A stretch of DNA of 63,001 bases, filler included, from Octopus bimaculoides (GCF_001194135.2; 10 parts of 9 records of this genome joined end to end with filler, not necessarily neighbours in it), one strand, 5' to 3'; positions 10,962 through 23,821 are shown, counted from the first letter of the whole stretch. The notes: generated by a model not told the origin, from the letters alone. Numbers and translations: made by a program.

Positions 10962-12967
10962 GCTAACATAGAGAACCCTAACATGCACCCACACTCAAAC
11001 ATTCATACACACACACACACACACACACACTGAACAATAGTGTCAACCATTAGCTCCAAAACTATAATTATTTGTAATATAATGCAACGGGGGCTACACC
11101 AATTTGTAAAAATAGAAGGGATATCATTCATTTAATTGATCCCGTATCTTCTCTGTACATCAGTATTTGACCCCCTTTCGCTTCTTAGCTATCCAGTAAA
11201 GTAAACNNNNNNNNNNNNNNNNNNNNNNNNNNNNNNNNNNNNNNNNNNNNNNNNNNNNNNNNNNNNNNNNNNNNNNNNNNNNNNNNNNNNNNNNNNNNNN
11301 NNNNNNNNNNNNNNNNNNNNNNNNNNNNNNNNNNNNNNNNNNNNNNNNNNNNNNNNNNNNNNNNNNNNNNNNNNNNNNNNNNNNNNNNNNNNNNNNNNNN
11401 NNNNNNNNNNNNNNNNNNNNNNNNNNNNNNNNNNNNNNNNNNNNNNNNNNNNNNNNNNNNNNNNNNNNNNNNNNNNNNNNNNNNNNNNNNNNNNNNNNNN
11501 NNNNNNNNNNNNNNNNNNNNNNNNNNNNNNNNNNNNNNNNNNNNNNNNNNNNNNNNNNNNNNNNNNNNNNNNNNNNNNNNNNNNNNNNNNNNNNNNNNNN
11601 NNNNNNNNNNNNNNNNNNNNNNNNNNNNNNNNNNNNNNNNNNNNNNNNNNNNNNNNNNNNNNNNNNNNNNNNNNNNNNNNNNNNNNNNNNNNNNNNNNNN
11701 NNNNNNNNNNNNNNNNNNNNNNNNNNNNNNNNNNNNNNNNNNNNNATATATACACACATATATATATACACACACGCACGCATATATACATACATACGCA
11801 CACACACGCACAAACACACATATATACACATACGCACGCGCACAAACATATACATACATATATGCACGCAAATACACACTCATATATAGATACACACGCA
11901 CAAACATACACACACACATATACATACATACGCACCCAGACACATACACATGCACGCACATACATACGCACGTACACACACACACACACCTCAGCATACA
12001 CGTTGGGCTGTAGCGCTAGTATTAAACCCCTTTTATCAGTAAATATATGCTGTTATCTGACATTCGCTTAACCTAGCCGTAATATTCCCTGAAGGAATGT
12101 GAGCCGTGCGATACATGCCGAACATACATAGAATAAATGAAAATAGATTCGATTTTAATATAAACCTTTCATATTTATGAGAGACAGCTGGAAAGGGGGA
12201 ACCCAATAAACTACAGGCATCTTATTTCAATTATAAGGATCTGATTCTTTTAAAAATCACATGGTNNNNNNNNNNNNNNNNNNNNNNNNNNNNNNNNNNT
12301 ATATATATATATATATTATGCATAAACATATATCTGAGATACAGTAACAAGTGCTTGTTTTCTTTGGTGCCACTAATGGGCACCCGATGAGAGAGAGAGA
12401 AAGAGAAGGAGTGAGAAAGACAGAGAGAGAAGAGAATGTGTGTGTATGAGAGAGAGAAGGTATGAGGAAGATAAAACAACGATTAATTGTTTTGTTAGTG
12501 AAGGCGAAGAATGACCACAGGAGGGAGGGATAATCTGGGTATATAAGTGTGTGTGTGTGTGTGTGGGGGGGGATTTGTCGATACATCATGCTTAATATGT
12601 GTATGTCGTATAGCCGAAATGCCAGAAGATCCGGCTGTTGTTCAGGTTAAAACGTATATATTTCATAACTGGACAAAACTAAATAACCCCTGAAGTGACC
12701 ACGAGAGCGATAGATGCATTTCGCTGTTGTTGAGACTTCTCAGTGTCACGCACTCGTATTACGTTCGAAACGATATCAGACCAGCCAGTCTAAAGTATCA
12801 TACAAGACACTGTATAAATATACACAGGGTTGCAAAGACAGCACTCAAACATAATAATTTTAATTATATATATATATAAACTTAGATGTGTTTCGACCAA
12901 AGATTGGTCTAGGCCATGTCTAACTTAATAGCACCACCCGATAGGATTATCTAAATCCTTTTTGAAG

Positions 12968-13180
12968 TCAAGTTTTGTTTATGGTCCATTCAAGTAGTGA
13001 GTTCTTGTTGAGTGAGTTGTATCCAGGTATGGGTGGCTTATTTGGTATTCTTTGAAGAAATCTGTCCAGACTCCGTTTAAAGGTGATAGGATCCTTTTCC
13101 TCTTTTATCAGTTTTGGGACAATGTTAAACAGGGCAGGGCCTGTTGAGGAAAAGAAATTATGTCGCAGTGTACCTATATA
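12968..13180 (-). mobile_element. CR1/L2-type LINE, 3' end of ORF2
   Basis: GTLRHNFFSSTGPALFNIVPKLIKEEKDPITFKRSLDRFLQRIPNKPPIPGY..LNKNSLLEW, the typical GP.LFN.LP...FK..LD.FL..IPD.P terminus. Confidence 0.75.
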
Positions 13181-14039
13181 TATAAGCTTATATAAACAAA
13201 ATACCATTATTTGCAAAATGGGTTCCTCGACAGTTGTCACAGGATTTGAAGGAAAGAAGAGTGGACGATAGAACTAACTAGAAGCGTTTGAAGCTAATGA
13301 AAATACGTTAATGATTTCCGATATGCTGACAGGTGTATAAACTTGGACTTATCTAAAGCGGAGGGAGTAATTTGCATAACCGTACGTACGCTGACAACGT
13401 TCATTAATCAAATGATTCCTTTAATACAACGTATCTACTTCATGTTGTTGGCCAGATTCAAGAGCTTGTAACCATCACTACCAATGCAGTCTCTTATGTG
13501 TTGTGCGTGTGAGTGGGGCCCACTGTATTGTATAATATATATAACAACATTAGCCAATTTGTAGCAAGACAGATGGTAGGTATTTGAAGTATTGTGTCGG
13601 CTATCATTTCTAGCAGATCAAATTACCACCCAGGAGAATTGTAGATGGTTGATACAGTATATAATTGATGCATATGTGGATGTCTGTGTGTATATGTGAG
13701 TGAATGTGTGTGTCCGTGTGTGTGGGGATAGAGAGAACGGGCGGGAAACCCGAGGTTTTTTTTTAGTGACACTGATTGATGATGGCGCCCTTTTCTTTTG
13801 TTTTCGTTTCAAATAAGAAAAACAATAATTTGTTGTTGTTGTAGATATAATGTGTATAGGGGTGGGTCCTTGGTGGGCGCTTGCTGGGGCCTCGGTGAGA
13901 AAGAAAAACAAGGCAAACGATGAAATCGTGTGGGAATATAGTATTATGTCCGGCAGGGGTTCTATTTATCAGGAAAAGGGGTAATTATTTTCATGTACAG
14001 GTCTACACACAAACACGTATGCATATGTATGTGTGCGTA

Positions 14040-14070
<31 letters not shown>

Positions 14071-14071
<1 letters not shown>

Positions 14072-14159
14072 GGCATGGTTGTGTGGTAAGAGGTTTTCGT
14101 CCCGACCACATGGTTCCAGGTTCAGTCCCACTGTGTGGTACCTGGGCAAGTGTCTTCAG

Positions 14160-14196
<37 letters not shown>

Positions 14197-14530
14197 CATG
14201 GTTGTGTGGTAAGAGGTTTTCGTCCCGACCACATGGTTCCAGGTTCAGTCCCACTGTGTGGTACCTGGGCAAGTGTCTTCAGTTATATATATATATATAT
14301 ATATGCCTATATGTGCGCGCGCGAGCGGTCATCTGTGTTTGCTTTCAACCACCGATTGACAACCGGTGTTGGTTCGTTTACATCACCGTAAATTGGCAAT
14401 TCAACAAAAAAGACCAATAGAATAAATACTGGTGTTATAAAAAAAAATCTGCTGGTATTGATTTGGTCGACTAAAACTCCCCCATGGCGTTGTCCTAGCA
14501 TGGCCGCAACTGAAGCAAGTAAAAGATAAG
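14071..14530 (+). mobile_element. SINE family A with an identically duplicated head
   Basis: The 91-bp head (14071-14161) recurs exactly at 14194-14284, separated by (TA)n. The tail follows at about 14340-14530. Confidence 0.85.
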
Positions 14531-15502
14531 ACTTTGCCTTTCATCCTTTCGGAGTCGATTAAATAAGTACCAGTTACGCACTGGGGTCGATGTAATCGAC
14601 TTAATCCCTTTGTCTGTCCTTGTTTGTCCCCCTCTATGTTTAGCCCATTGCAAGCAATAAAGAAATAATTATTATTAACCGAGTTCGACTTTGCCTTCCA
14701 TCCTTTCGGGATCGATAAATTAAGTACCAGTGAAACACTGGAGGTCGATGTAATTAGTCCTCTCTCTTCAACTTACCGCGGTCAACCTTGCCTCTCGTTC
14801 TTTCAGGTACGATACTATGGAACCAGTCCAGTTTAAGACAATTGACTAACGGAATCGTTACACCATCGGAGGAGAAGCATTGCTATATTTCGTTCCAGTT
14901 CTTTAAGTTCAGAATTCTTGGCTGGCAGAACTTTAAATCCGCCCCACGATTTAACGCAATCAGTTGGTTCATCGAACGGTTTTGCTGGGTACACTCTGCA
15001 GTTGAGGGCCAAAACTTCGATTGAGAAAAACCCTTTTCCTTCCATTACATCATGAGAGGACATGCGCGTTATTACTTTGTCTGTAAATGGTAAAACCAAA
15101 GGGGGTCGAGTGATCATTTTGATTGATAGGCCCCTTTCGTTATTTCGCAATCTTTAGTCATATCTGTATGTCATTAAAAACAAGAAAGTAGCCATATCAA
15201 TTGTAAAATCAAACCACATTTAAATGGAACCGATGCGAATGACAGTCCAGCTATGCCTATCTCAGCCGACTTTTTTTTCAAAGGCATTCCATAAGCCATA
15301 GAATTACGTTATAGATATGTGTGTATAATATGTGTATAGATATATGTATATATCTACATGTGCATTTATATATATATATATATATATGATTTAGTTTAAA
15401 AGAGTTCCAACACTGTCTGTTTTTTATGTTTTATTTATATTCCTGCAGAACCAATGTGGGGTATAGAATATGGAATATACAATANNNNNNNNNNNNNNNN
15501 NN

Positions 15503-15722
15503 CTTGTTTTAGTTATTGGACTGTGGTCATGCTGGGACACCGCCTTCAAGTGTTTTAGTCGAACAATTACATCGACTCAACTGGGACTTATTTCATCGTT
15601 CCCAGTAGGACGAAAGGCAAAGTCGACCTCAGCGAAGTTTTAAACTCGGGACGTAAAGACGGACGAAATGCCACTCACCATTTCGTCTGGCGTGCTAACG
15701 ATTCTGCCAGCTCGCCTCCTTC
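15503..15722 (-). mobile_element. SINE family B copy
   Basis: Reverse complement of GGCGAGCTGGCAGAATCGTTAGCACG..GAGGTCGACTTTGCCTTTC; same family as 24073-24286. Confidence 0.75.
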
Positions 15723-16057
15723 AGCTGTCAATAAATATTAGCAATAATAATTAAAAAAAACAACTGATTGCAACAACAACAACAACGACGACAACAGTAA
15801 CAATAACAACACTGACAATGACAACATGGCGAACACAGCTGACAACGACCATGTTGATGATGACGATTGTAAAGATGAAGATGGTGATAGGGATGCTGCT
15901 GACTGCATTGATAAGAATAATGATGATGTGGACATTTCTAAATACCACTTGTGAGTAATAACCACAAAAAGAACGTGTGTGTGTGTGTGTGTGTATTATA
16001 CACACGCAACCTATGTTAGCATACAAACACACACACGGATATACATAATTATGCATA

Positions 16058-16157
16058 NNNNNNNNNNNNNNNNNNNNNNNNNNNNNNNNNNNNNNNNNNN
16101 NTTAATTAATTAANNNNNNNNNNNNNNNNNNNNNNNNNNNNNNNNNNNNNNNNNNNN
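16058..16157. other. Synthetic scaffold linker 2
   Basis: N44-TTAATTAATTAA(16102-16113)-N44. Confidence 0.97.
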
Positions 16158-16460
16158 TATATAGACAAATAGATAGATAGATAGATAGCTCTATCTATCT
16201 ATAAATAAATAAGAAAAAGATAAGAAAAAATTCGATGTTCAAATGTTCCAACGTCCAGATTTCAATCAAAGAACACATTTAACGGATATACTTCTTGTTT
16301 TCAAATCACGAAACATAAAACAACTACACAATCGAGCAGAGCCAATATGGACGTCGTAAATATACGATTCATAACGTTACAGATAAAAACATATCTATCT
16401 ACCTATCTATCTATCTATCTATCTGTCTGTCTGTCTGTCTGTCTGTCAATCTATTTGTCT

Positions 16461-16534
16461 GTCTGGTTAGCTCAGTTGGTTAGAGCGCCGTGCTAATAAC
16501 GCGAATGTCGTGGGTTCGAGCCCCATACTGGCCA
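16461..16534 (+). tRNA. tRNA-Ile-AAT: tRNA-Ile (anticodon AAT), possibly pseudogenised
   Basis: 74-nt cloverleaf: D arm GCTC-AGTTGGTTA-GAGC, anticodon loop CTAATAA, T arm GTGGG-TTCGAGC-CCCAT, 3' ACTGGCCA. The acceptor stem has a T2:C71 mismatch plus two GU pairs, and the anticodon stem has a C27:A43 mismatch. Confidence 0.85.
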
Positions 16535-16543
16535 ATCCAATAC

Positions 16544-16549
16544 TTTTTT
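16544..16549 (+). terminator. RNA polymerase III terminator (T6)
   Basis: TTTTTT begins 10 nt downstream of the tRNA discriminator base. Confidence 0.7.
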
Positions 16550-16589
16550 GTCCGTAGGCTTTTCTTCCCACTTAATCTGTTTCCCCCTT

Positions 16590-17241
16590 CACACTTTACA
16601 TCATGACATTTCTGTGATATACGACCCCTATTGATCGTTTTTTTTACGATCCATTTTGATCGAAAATCTCTCCCCCCCCCCTTTTTCCGTCCTTCTCTTC
16701 CCCCAAAAGAAAAGCTCTAGTTTGTAACTTGTCCCCTCTCTGTGTTCAGCCCTGTGTGGCTAATAGAGAAACATATCTATCTATCTATCTATCTGTCTGT
16801 CTGTCTATCTATCTGTCTATCTATCTATCTATTTATCTATTTATATATGAGTGCTTTTGTGTCTGTATTTGTCGCTGGACAACGGGTGTTGGCGTATTTA
16901 CGCTCCCATAACTTTGCTGTTCAGCAAAACTCAACGATAGAATTGTTGGCACTCCGTCGCTTATGACGTCGAGGGTTCCAGTTGATCCGATCAACGGAAC
17001 AGCCTGCTCGTGAAATTAACGTGCAAGTGGCTGAGCACTCCACAGACACGTGTACCCTTAACGTAGTTCTCGGAGATATTCGGTGTGACACAGAGTGTGA
17101 CAAGGCTGACCCTTTGAATTACAGGCACAGCAGAAACAGGAAGAAAGAGTGAGAGAAAGTTGTGGTGGAAGAATACAGCAGGGTTCGCCACCATCCCCTG
17201 CCGGAGCCTCGTGGAGCTTTAGGTGTTTTCGCTCAATAAAC
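16590..17241 (+). mobile_element. SINE-like family C, long copy with internal (TCTA/TCTG)n
   Basis: The 5' part resembles 45799-45960 and the 3' part matches 4850-5090. Ends at an N gap. Confidence 0.7.
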
Positions 17242-18275
17242 NNNNNNNNNNNNNNNNNNNNNNNNNNNNNNNNNNNNNNNNNNNNNNNNNNNNNNNNNNN
17301 NNNNNNNNNNNNNNNNNNNNNNNNNNNNNNNNNNNNNNNNNNNNNNNNNNNNNNNNNNNNNNNNNNNNNNNNNNNNNNNNNNNNNNNNNNNNNNNNNNNN
17401 NNNNNNNNNNNNNNNNNNNNNNNNNNNNNNNNNNNNNNNNNNNNNNNNNNNNNNNNNNNNNNNNNNNNNNNNNNNNNNNNNNNNNNNNNNNNNNNNNNNN
17501 NNNNNNNNNNNNNNNNNNNNNNNNNNNNNNNNNNNNNNNNNNNNNNNNNNNNNNNNNNNNNNNNNNNNNNNNNNNNNNNNNNNNNNNNNNNNNNNNNNNN
17601 NNNNNNNNNNNNNNNNNNNNNNNNNNNNNNNNNNNNNNNNNNNNNNNNNNNNNNNNNNNNNNNNNNNNNNNNNNNNNNNNNNNNNNNNNNNNNNNNNNNN
17701 NNNNNNNNNNNNNNNNNNNNNNNNNNNNNNNNNNNNNNNNNNNNNNNNNNNNNNNNNNNNNNNNNTATATATATACATATATATATATGTAATACGTATC
17801 TATACATGTATGTGCGTGCATATGTGCATGGGTATGTACACGTGTGTGTATATACATACCTCTGAAGACGTTAAAAAACTGATCCATGATTATTTTGTAT
17901 AACTTGTCTTGTAGTTATTATTAATAATAATATTTTGATATTATTACTGTTATAATTAGTTTTGCAGGCAATCCCTTGTTTTTGTTTTCTTTCTCTCTTT
18001 CTCTTTGAATTAAGTTCCTGTTTTTTTATCTTTTTGGTACACACTGCTTTGAGGTCCACCCTCTTGGATCTTTCGGTTCGGAAGAATAAAAATGTGTGTG
18101 TGTGTGCGTGTGTTTGTGTTTTTGTGTGTTTGTGTGTCTATGTGCATGCCTACATACGTACATTCATACTTAAATATTTGTATACACACACATATATACA
18201 CACAAACACACACATATATATATACACACGCACAAAGTCACACATATATATGCGCGCGCGCACACACACACACAT

Positions 18276-18312
<37 letters not shown>

Positions 18313-18638
18313 NNNNNNNNNNACGTCATTTGGTTGTGACAAATGAAGAATATATTTAAAAGCTGAAAGAAATTCTATGACACATTATTCTAAGACAGAT
18401 TAATTTGAGGATATTTTATATAAAATGTCATTAATTTAGAATTAAAATCGTTTTTAGTTTCGTTTCTGTCGTAAATATTTTAAGGCTCCTTCAGTAACCA
18501 TTCCGTTTAATATTTTCTTTTAACAATTCGGTTGTGAGCTAAATTCGTTTTTTCTTTTCTCTTTTTTAGTCATTTATTTTAATCCTTATTTTTCGTCAAC
18601 AGTTTTAACAAATCTGGTAATATTTCCTATTCTGTTTG

Positions 18639-18830
18639 AGGCGGCGAGCTGGCAAAATGCTTAGCACGCCGAGCAAAACACTTAACGGCATTTCGTTTGT
18701 CTTTACGTTCGGAGTTCAAATTCTGCCGAGATCGACTTTGCATTTCATCCTTTCGGGGTCGATTTAATCGACCAATCCCCTTCCCCTGAAATTTTCTAGA
18801 CTCTTGTGCCTAGAGTAGAAATAAACAGTT
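18639..18830 (+). mobile_element. SINE family B copy (second degenerate copy follows at about 18850-19020)
   Basis: GGCGGCGAGCTGGCAAAATGCTTAGCACGCCGAGC..GGAGTTCAAATTC..GAGATCGACTTTGCATTTCATCCTTTCGGGGTCGA. Confidence 0.8.
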
Positions 18831-19025
18831 CCTCTTTCATTTAAATGTTTAGCACACCGATTAACGGCATTATGTCCGGAGTTCAAATACCTCCAAGGTT
18901 GACTTTGACTTTCATCTTTTGGGGTCGATAAAACGGGTACCAGTTGAATACTGGGGTCGAAATAATCAACTTACGCTCTTTCCCTAACTTGCTGGCCTTG
19001 TACCGAAATTTGATACCAATATATA

Positions 19026-19445
19026 GGTAGTGGGTAACCCTTTTCTTCACTACTTCAGGGAGTGACGACCCTGCCTGACACGAGTCCCGGGCTCAGCTGG
19101 CTCCGGCTGACAGTACCCGGTATGGTCCCCTATCCAGGGTAACGGAAAGGAGACAACCTTCAAAGAATTCCGGAGTGGAGCCCCGTAGGTGGTTTAGTGT
19201 TCGACTCAACACTGACAGCAGCTCCTGCAGCCAAGCTGGTGCCAAACGTAATGCTCTGCACTCCTCTGGACTACGTCAGCAATGTCGAGAGAGGAATCCT
19301 GACGATTAGGCGACCCAGGATTTTCTTACATCTAGCCCAGGCCTGCGCAAAACTGGAGAGGAAACTGGAGAGGACATACAATGTAAAAACCAGACTGGAT
19401 TATTTTATGCGCAACACCATTGTCTCCCGAGACAAACGGATGCCA
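19026..19445 (+). mobile_element. GC-rich interspersed repeat, probably the 5' UTR of an RTE-clade LINE
   Basis: Composition jumps to about 50% GC with hairpin-rich sequence (..TATCCAGGGTAACGG.., GCAGCTCCTGCAGCCAAGCTGGTGCCAAA) and ends in (CAA)n. The clade assignment rests on recalled resemblance only. Confidence 0.35.
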
Positions 19446-19461
19446 ACAACAACAACAATTA

Positions 19462-20027
19462 GGGGAGACCGGATAGAGTTGTTACACGAGTAAGTTGTGA
19501 GAAGCCCATTGTTTCCAACTTCAAGAAATAGGTGGCACTCGGGTCTCTACCTCGTGAAGGCCAACTCCATGGCATCATGACTGCATATGTGTATTGCACT
19601 GGCGGGTTGTCACCAGGAAAGATATGGCTCAAAAAACGATTTTTTTTACTCCAAAAGTGAAATTTTGCCACAAGGTTATTTACTTAATTACTAAAGTACA
19701 AATGGTGTTAATGAAGTAGTTTGTGGTCATTAGGAAGTGTTGGAAGATGCCTTCAATACATGAAGGTGTGTCCTGGATGCCATGCATTGCTAGTGCTGTG
19801 TACGAGGTAACCCCCAGAAATCCATGGTCGGGGCTAATTGTTACGGTGTATCAACTTACCCTTGGCATGTAACAACTTACCCCTTCTATTTCTGTTTAAC
19901 ACGCCATGCCTAGAAATTACAAAAGGAAGGCTACAAGGGAAGATACCCCTCCTGATGTCATGGAAAGGGCCGCCAGAAAAGTTGTGGATGAAAAGAAATC
20001 ATTACGGGATGTTGCCAAAGATTTCGA
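19462..20027 (+). mobile_element. pogo/Fot1-like DNA transposon, left end plus transposase N-terminus
   Basis: TA|GGGGAGACCGGATAGAGTTGTTACAC terminus, with inverted subterminal CAACTTACCC motifs at about 19853-19885. ATG at 19906 reads MPRNYKRKATREDTPPDVMERAARKVVDEKKSLRDVAKDFE (psq-type HTH start), truncated by a microsatellite/SINE. Confidence 0.7.
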
Positions 20028-20094
20028 GCATACATATATAAACACATACATACGCAGGTACATCCATGCATACATATATAAATATAGTTATGTT

Positions 20095-20280
20095 CATTTT
20101 CTTTTATTCTTTTACTTGTTTCAGTCATTTGACTGCGGCCATGCTGGAGCACTGCCTTTTTAGTCGAGCAAATCGACCCCATGACATATTCTTTGTCTCT
20201 TTTTGCCGAACCGCTAAGTTACGGGGACGTAAACACACCAGCATCGGTTGTCAAGCGATGTTGGGGGGACAAACACAGAC
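20095..20280 (-). mobile_element. SINE family A tail followed by a long CA/CACG microsatellite
   Basis: TTTCAGTCATTTGACTGCGGCCATGCTGGAGCAC..TTTTGCCGAACCGCTAAGTTACGGGGACGTAAACAC. Confidence 0.85.
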
Positions 20281-20958
20281 ACACAAACGCACACACGCAC
20301 ATACAGACAGACAGACAGACAGACACACACATACACACACACCCATGTACAGACGAAGACGCAGTCATACGCACAGGCATATACAAACTCACATACGCGC
20401 GCAGACACATACACACATACACATATTTACAGACACGTAGACATATACATATACACGCATGAGCACAGACACACACACACATACACAAACACACTTGCAT
20501 ATATACATATACGTAAATACACACATGAGCACACAGACTCACACGCGCGCTCACACTCACACGCGCGCACATACTCACACACACGCGCACTCACGCACAC
20601 TCACGCACACTCACACACACATACGCATATACACACACAAACACACTCACACTCGCACGCGCGTACACGGACACACACTTACAGACAGCCAGCCAGCCAG
20701 CCAGACTCATTCACACACGCGCGCGTCTTTACAAACGTTATGGCTCACCGCCATTGCTCTCTGCCCTCTGTCTTTTCTCTCTTTCCCTCTCTCACACGCT
20801 CTCTCTCTCTCTGTTTTTTTATCTCTCTCTCATCTTTTGCACTCCATCCTCCCACAACTACTCAGACGTCCCCCCTCCCACGGTTACCTAGCAACATGCC
20901 CAGAAAAATATCCACTTTCACTAGATAATCATCGATTTATCGCCTAAATAACCTACCT

Positions 20959-21270
20959 GGTCACTCACTTGAGATCCCCTCGAAAGAAGCGTCGATGCGA
21001 TTGTCCGACCTTGCTAGAAATAGCAACCAAATCTCCTGGTCATTCGCTTAAAAACCACTGAAGGAATCTTTTATGTGATTGTCCGACCTCGCTAGAAATA
21101 GCAACCAAATCTCTCTTGGTCACTCGCTTAAGGGCCGCTGAAAGGAACTTTTATGTGATTGCTTGACCTTCCAAGAAATACCAAATCTCTTGCTCATTCT
21201 CTTAAGAGCCACTGAAGGAAGCTTTTATGTGATTGTCCGACCTTGCTAGAAATAGCAACCAAATCTTCCT
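20959..21270. repeat. Minisatellite, about 4 units of 74-80 bp
   Basis: GATTGTCCGACC.TGCTAGAAATAGCAACCAAATCTC... recurs at 20999, 21077, 21157 and 21231. Confidence 0.9.
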
Positions 21271-22252
21271 CAAATGACAGCGCTGTCTTGAATTACTGGT
21301 GCAGTAAGGACAGCGTTTCCGTTTAAGTGTTTGACCTTGAACTGAACAATGACATACGTACATTCATACATACATGCATAGATACATACATACATTCATA
21401 CATACATACATTCATACATACATACATGCATACATACATGCATACATACATACATACATACATACATACATACACAGATTCAAGCCATCAATGGAACTGT
21501 AAAGATATGTAAAACTTTCCAAAAATTTAGCACATAAATACATATGCATGCATCTAGACATAAAAACGCATCCATAAAACAAACATACAAATCTGCGCAT
21601 ACACTAACACCAAATACTGCACACACACACACACATATGCACAAATACCTAGATGATGTTGATAAAAGTTCCAATGAAGGAGCCTTGAATCTATGTTAGA
21701 GTCCGGCTCTTTCTCTATGGACAAGAAATACAGAAATGAAACTGACTGATAGCATACACAGACATTGTCAACTGCATAAGAATTTAACTTCCTATATACG
21801 ATACATAAAAAGTAAGCGTGATCTTTATACCGTGGTAAGTCTTCCGCTGTAGGACATACTCTTTCTCCAGGACTGTTTCTCTCTTCGGGTAATGTAACCA
21901 GCGAGAATCCATCTTTGACCAGCATTCAGGTGGGATTGAATTAAAACTATTCGAACAAACAGAAGGCAGAAAACAGACACTTTGTAACTCAACAAGAGGT
22001 AAACTTCTTTACAAGAAATACCTAACACAAAGGACGCAACACGGAATAAATTTCTCAGAATAAATTTATTCCTTCACAAGGATTTCCTTTTGTGCTTCCC
22101 AGAGTTGTTTAACTCTTTGTGTTTTCAGGTTTATTAGTTGTCTAAGCTATGAATATTCTATGTTGTTAAGTACTTATTTATCACAAAGTGATCGATAAAG
22201 TTCAGATTAAGTCGATCAGAATGTACTTTACTTCACACGTGTGTATGTGTGA

Positions 22253-22292
<40 letters not shown>

Positions 22293-22854
22293 CGTGAGAG
22301 AGTTAGGGGTTGGGGGTACAACCCACTAAGGGATAGTATCTATCCAGTATACTGCTGGGAGGGTACCCAATTATTGCTACGCTAGTGCTATACTAGGTGC
22401 AATCAATGGGAGCGGGTAAAAGTGGAGGTTTTACCCAAAATTTGTGTAACAATTAGAAAATGGAGGATAATATGCTGTATATATATATATATTATNNNNN
22501 NNNNNNNNNNNNNNNNNNNNNNNNNNNNNNNNNNNNNNNNNNNNNNNNNNNNNNNNNNNNNNNNNNNNNNNNNNNNNNNNNNNNNNNNNNNNNNNNNNNN
22601 NNNNNNNNNNNNNNNNNNNNNNNNNNNNNNNNNNNNNNNNNNNNNNNNNNNNNNNNNNNNNNNNNNNNNNNNNNNNNNNNNNNNNNNNNNNNNNNNNNNN
22701 NNNNNNNNNNNNNNNNNNNNNNNNNNNNNNNNNNNNNNNNNNNNNNNNNNNNNNNNNNNNNNNNNNNNNNNNNNNNNNNNNNNNNNNNNNNNNNNNNNNN
22801 NNNNNNNNNNNNNNNNNNNNNNNNNNNNNNTATATATATATATATATATATATT

Positions 22855-23749
22855 GGGTCATCCCATAAATAATGCGTGTACCTCACAAGTTTTGGGAGAT
22901 CCACAAAACCAGAATGGTAGAGGGCATCTAGAAAGGATTCAAAGGCAAACCTCAGCGGAAATTGCCACGTTCAATAATGCCATTTACAATGAGGCATTAC
23001 TTGACCTAAACACCCGAGGACAACCTATGGGAGGTCAAGGCATTTCCACATTTGGTCTGCCTCAACCGGAGCAGGCTGCAATCAATTGCGCAATTGAGTA
23101 CCTGATAGAAATCAGCTATGACATCGAGGAAATGACGGCGTATATAGCTGATAAAGAACACAAACTGATGGAGGACCACCTGGGCGTTTATAACACCATT
23201 ATTTCGAGAATTGAAAAATGAAATAAGTGGTCTTTTCTTTCTGGATGCTCCAGGTGGAACTGGCAAAACATTTGTCAACAACCTTCTTCTGGTTAAACTG
23301 CGCCAAATGAAACACATTGCCATAGCAGTGGCATCAAGTGGAATAGCTGCAACTCTGCTAAGTGGTGGCCGCACAATTCATTCTTGTCTCAAATTCCCTT
23401 TGGACCTGCTCAAGAAAGAGAAGGCAGACTGCCGCATCAGTGGTGGCTCTGTAAAAGGCAAACTTCTGGGTGGAAGCAGGTAGATTCACCTGGGATGAAG
23501 CGACAATGAGCCATAAGGCTCATGACATGACCCTTCAGGCTCATAGGAGGTACCACCGTTTTGCTTGCAGGAGACTTTATACAAACCCTTCCCGTGGTTT
23601 CAAAAGGGACAAGAGCTGATGAAGTAAATGCCAGCATAAAGTCATCCTGCCTATGGAGCAGTGTGCAAAAGCTAAGACTCGCAACTAACATGAGAATGCA
23701 GCTCAGTGGTGATGATGCAGACAGAATCTTTTCAAAGCATCTGTTTTAA
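22855..23749 (+). mobile_element. Helitron RepHel relic, PIF1-like SF1 helicase domain (frameshifted)
   Basis: YNEALLDL..MGGQGISTFGLPQP, FFLDAPGGTGKTF (Walker A), VASSGIAATLLSGGRTIHS, WDEATMSHK (Walker B), AGDFIQTLPVV, LWSSVQKLRLATNMR. Confidence 0.9.
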
Positions 23750-23821
23750 GAAGCATGGTCATTCCTTATCTTATCACCCATCACTTGTTATGCGCTCATA
23801 AGTTAGTTTGATAGTTGAGCT

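Noticed and set aside
14788-15150. Overlapping 78-aa and 105-aa ORFs with plausible splice signals
   Set aside because: No recognisable domain, and the start of the region aligns to a degenerate SINE B tail.
19055-19160. Possible HDV-like ribozyme at the RTE-like 5' end
   Set aside because: Local hairpins exist, but I could not build the nested double pseudoknot (no room for P3/L3). A descriptor search (RNArobo/Infernal) would be decisive.
20959-21270. CRISPR-like repeat/spacer appearance
   Set aside because: The variable parts are homologous to each other, the context is eukaryotic and there are no cas genes.
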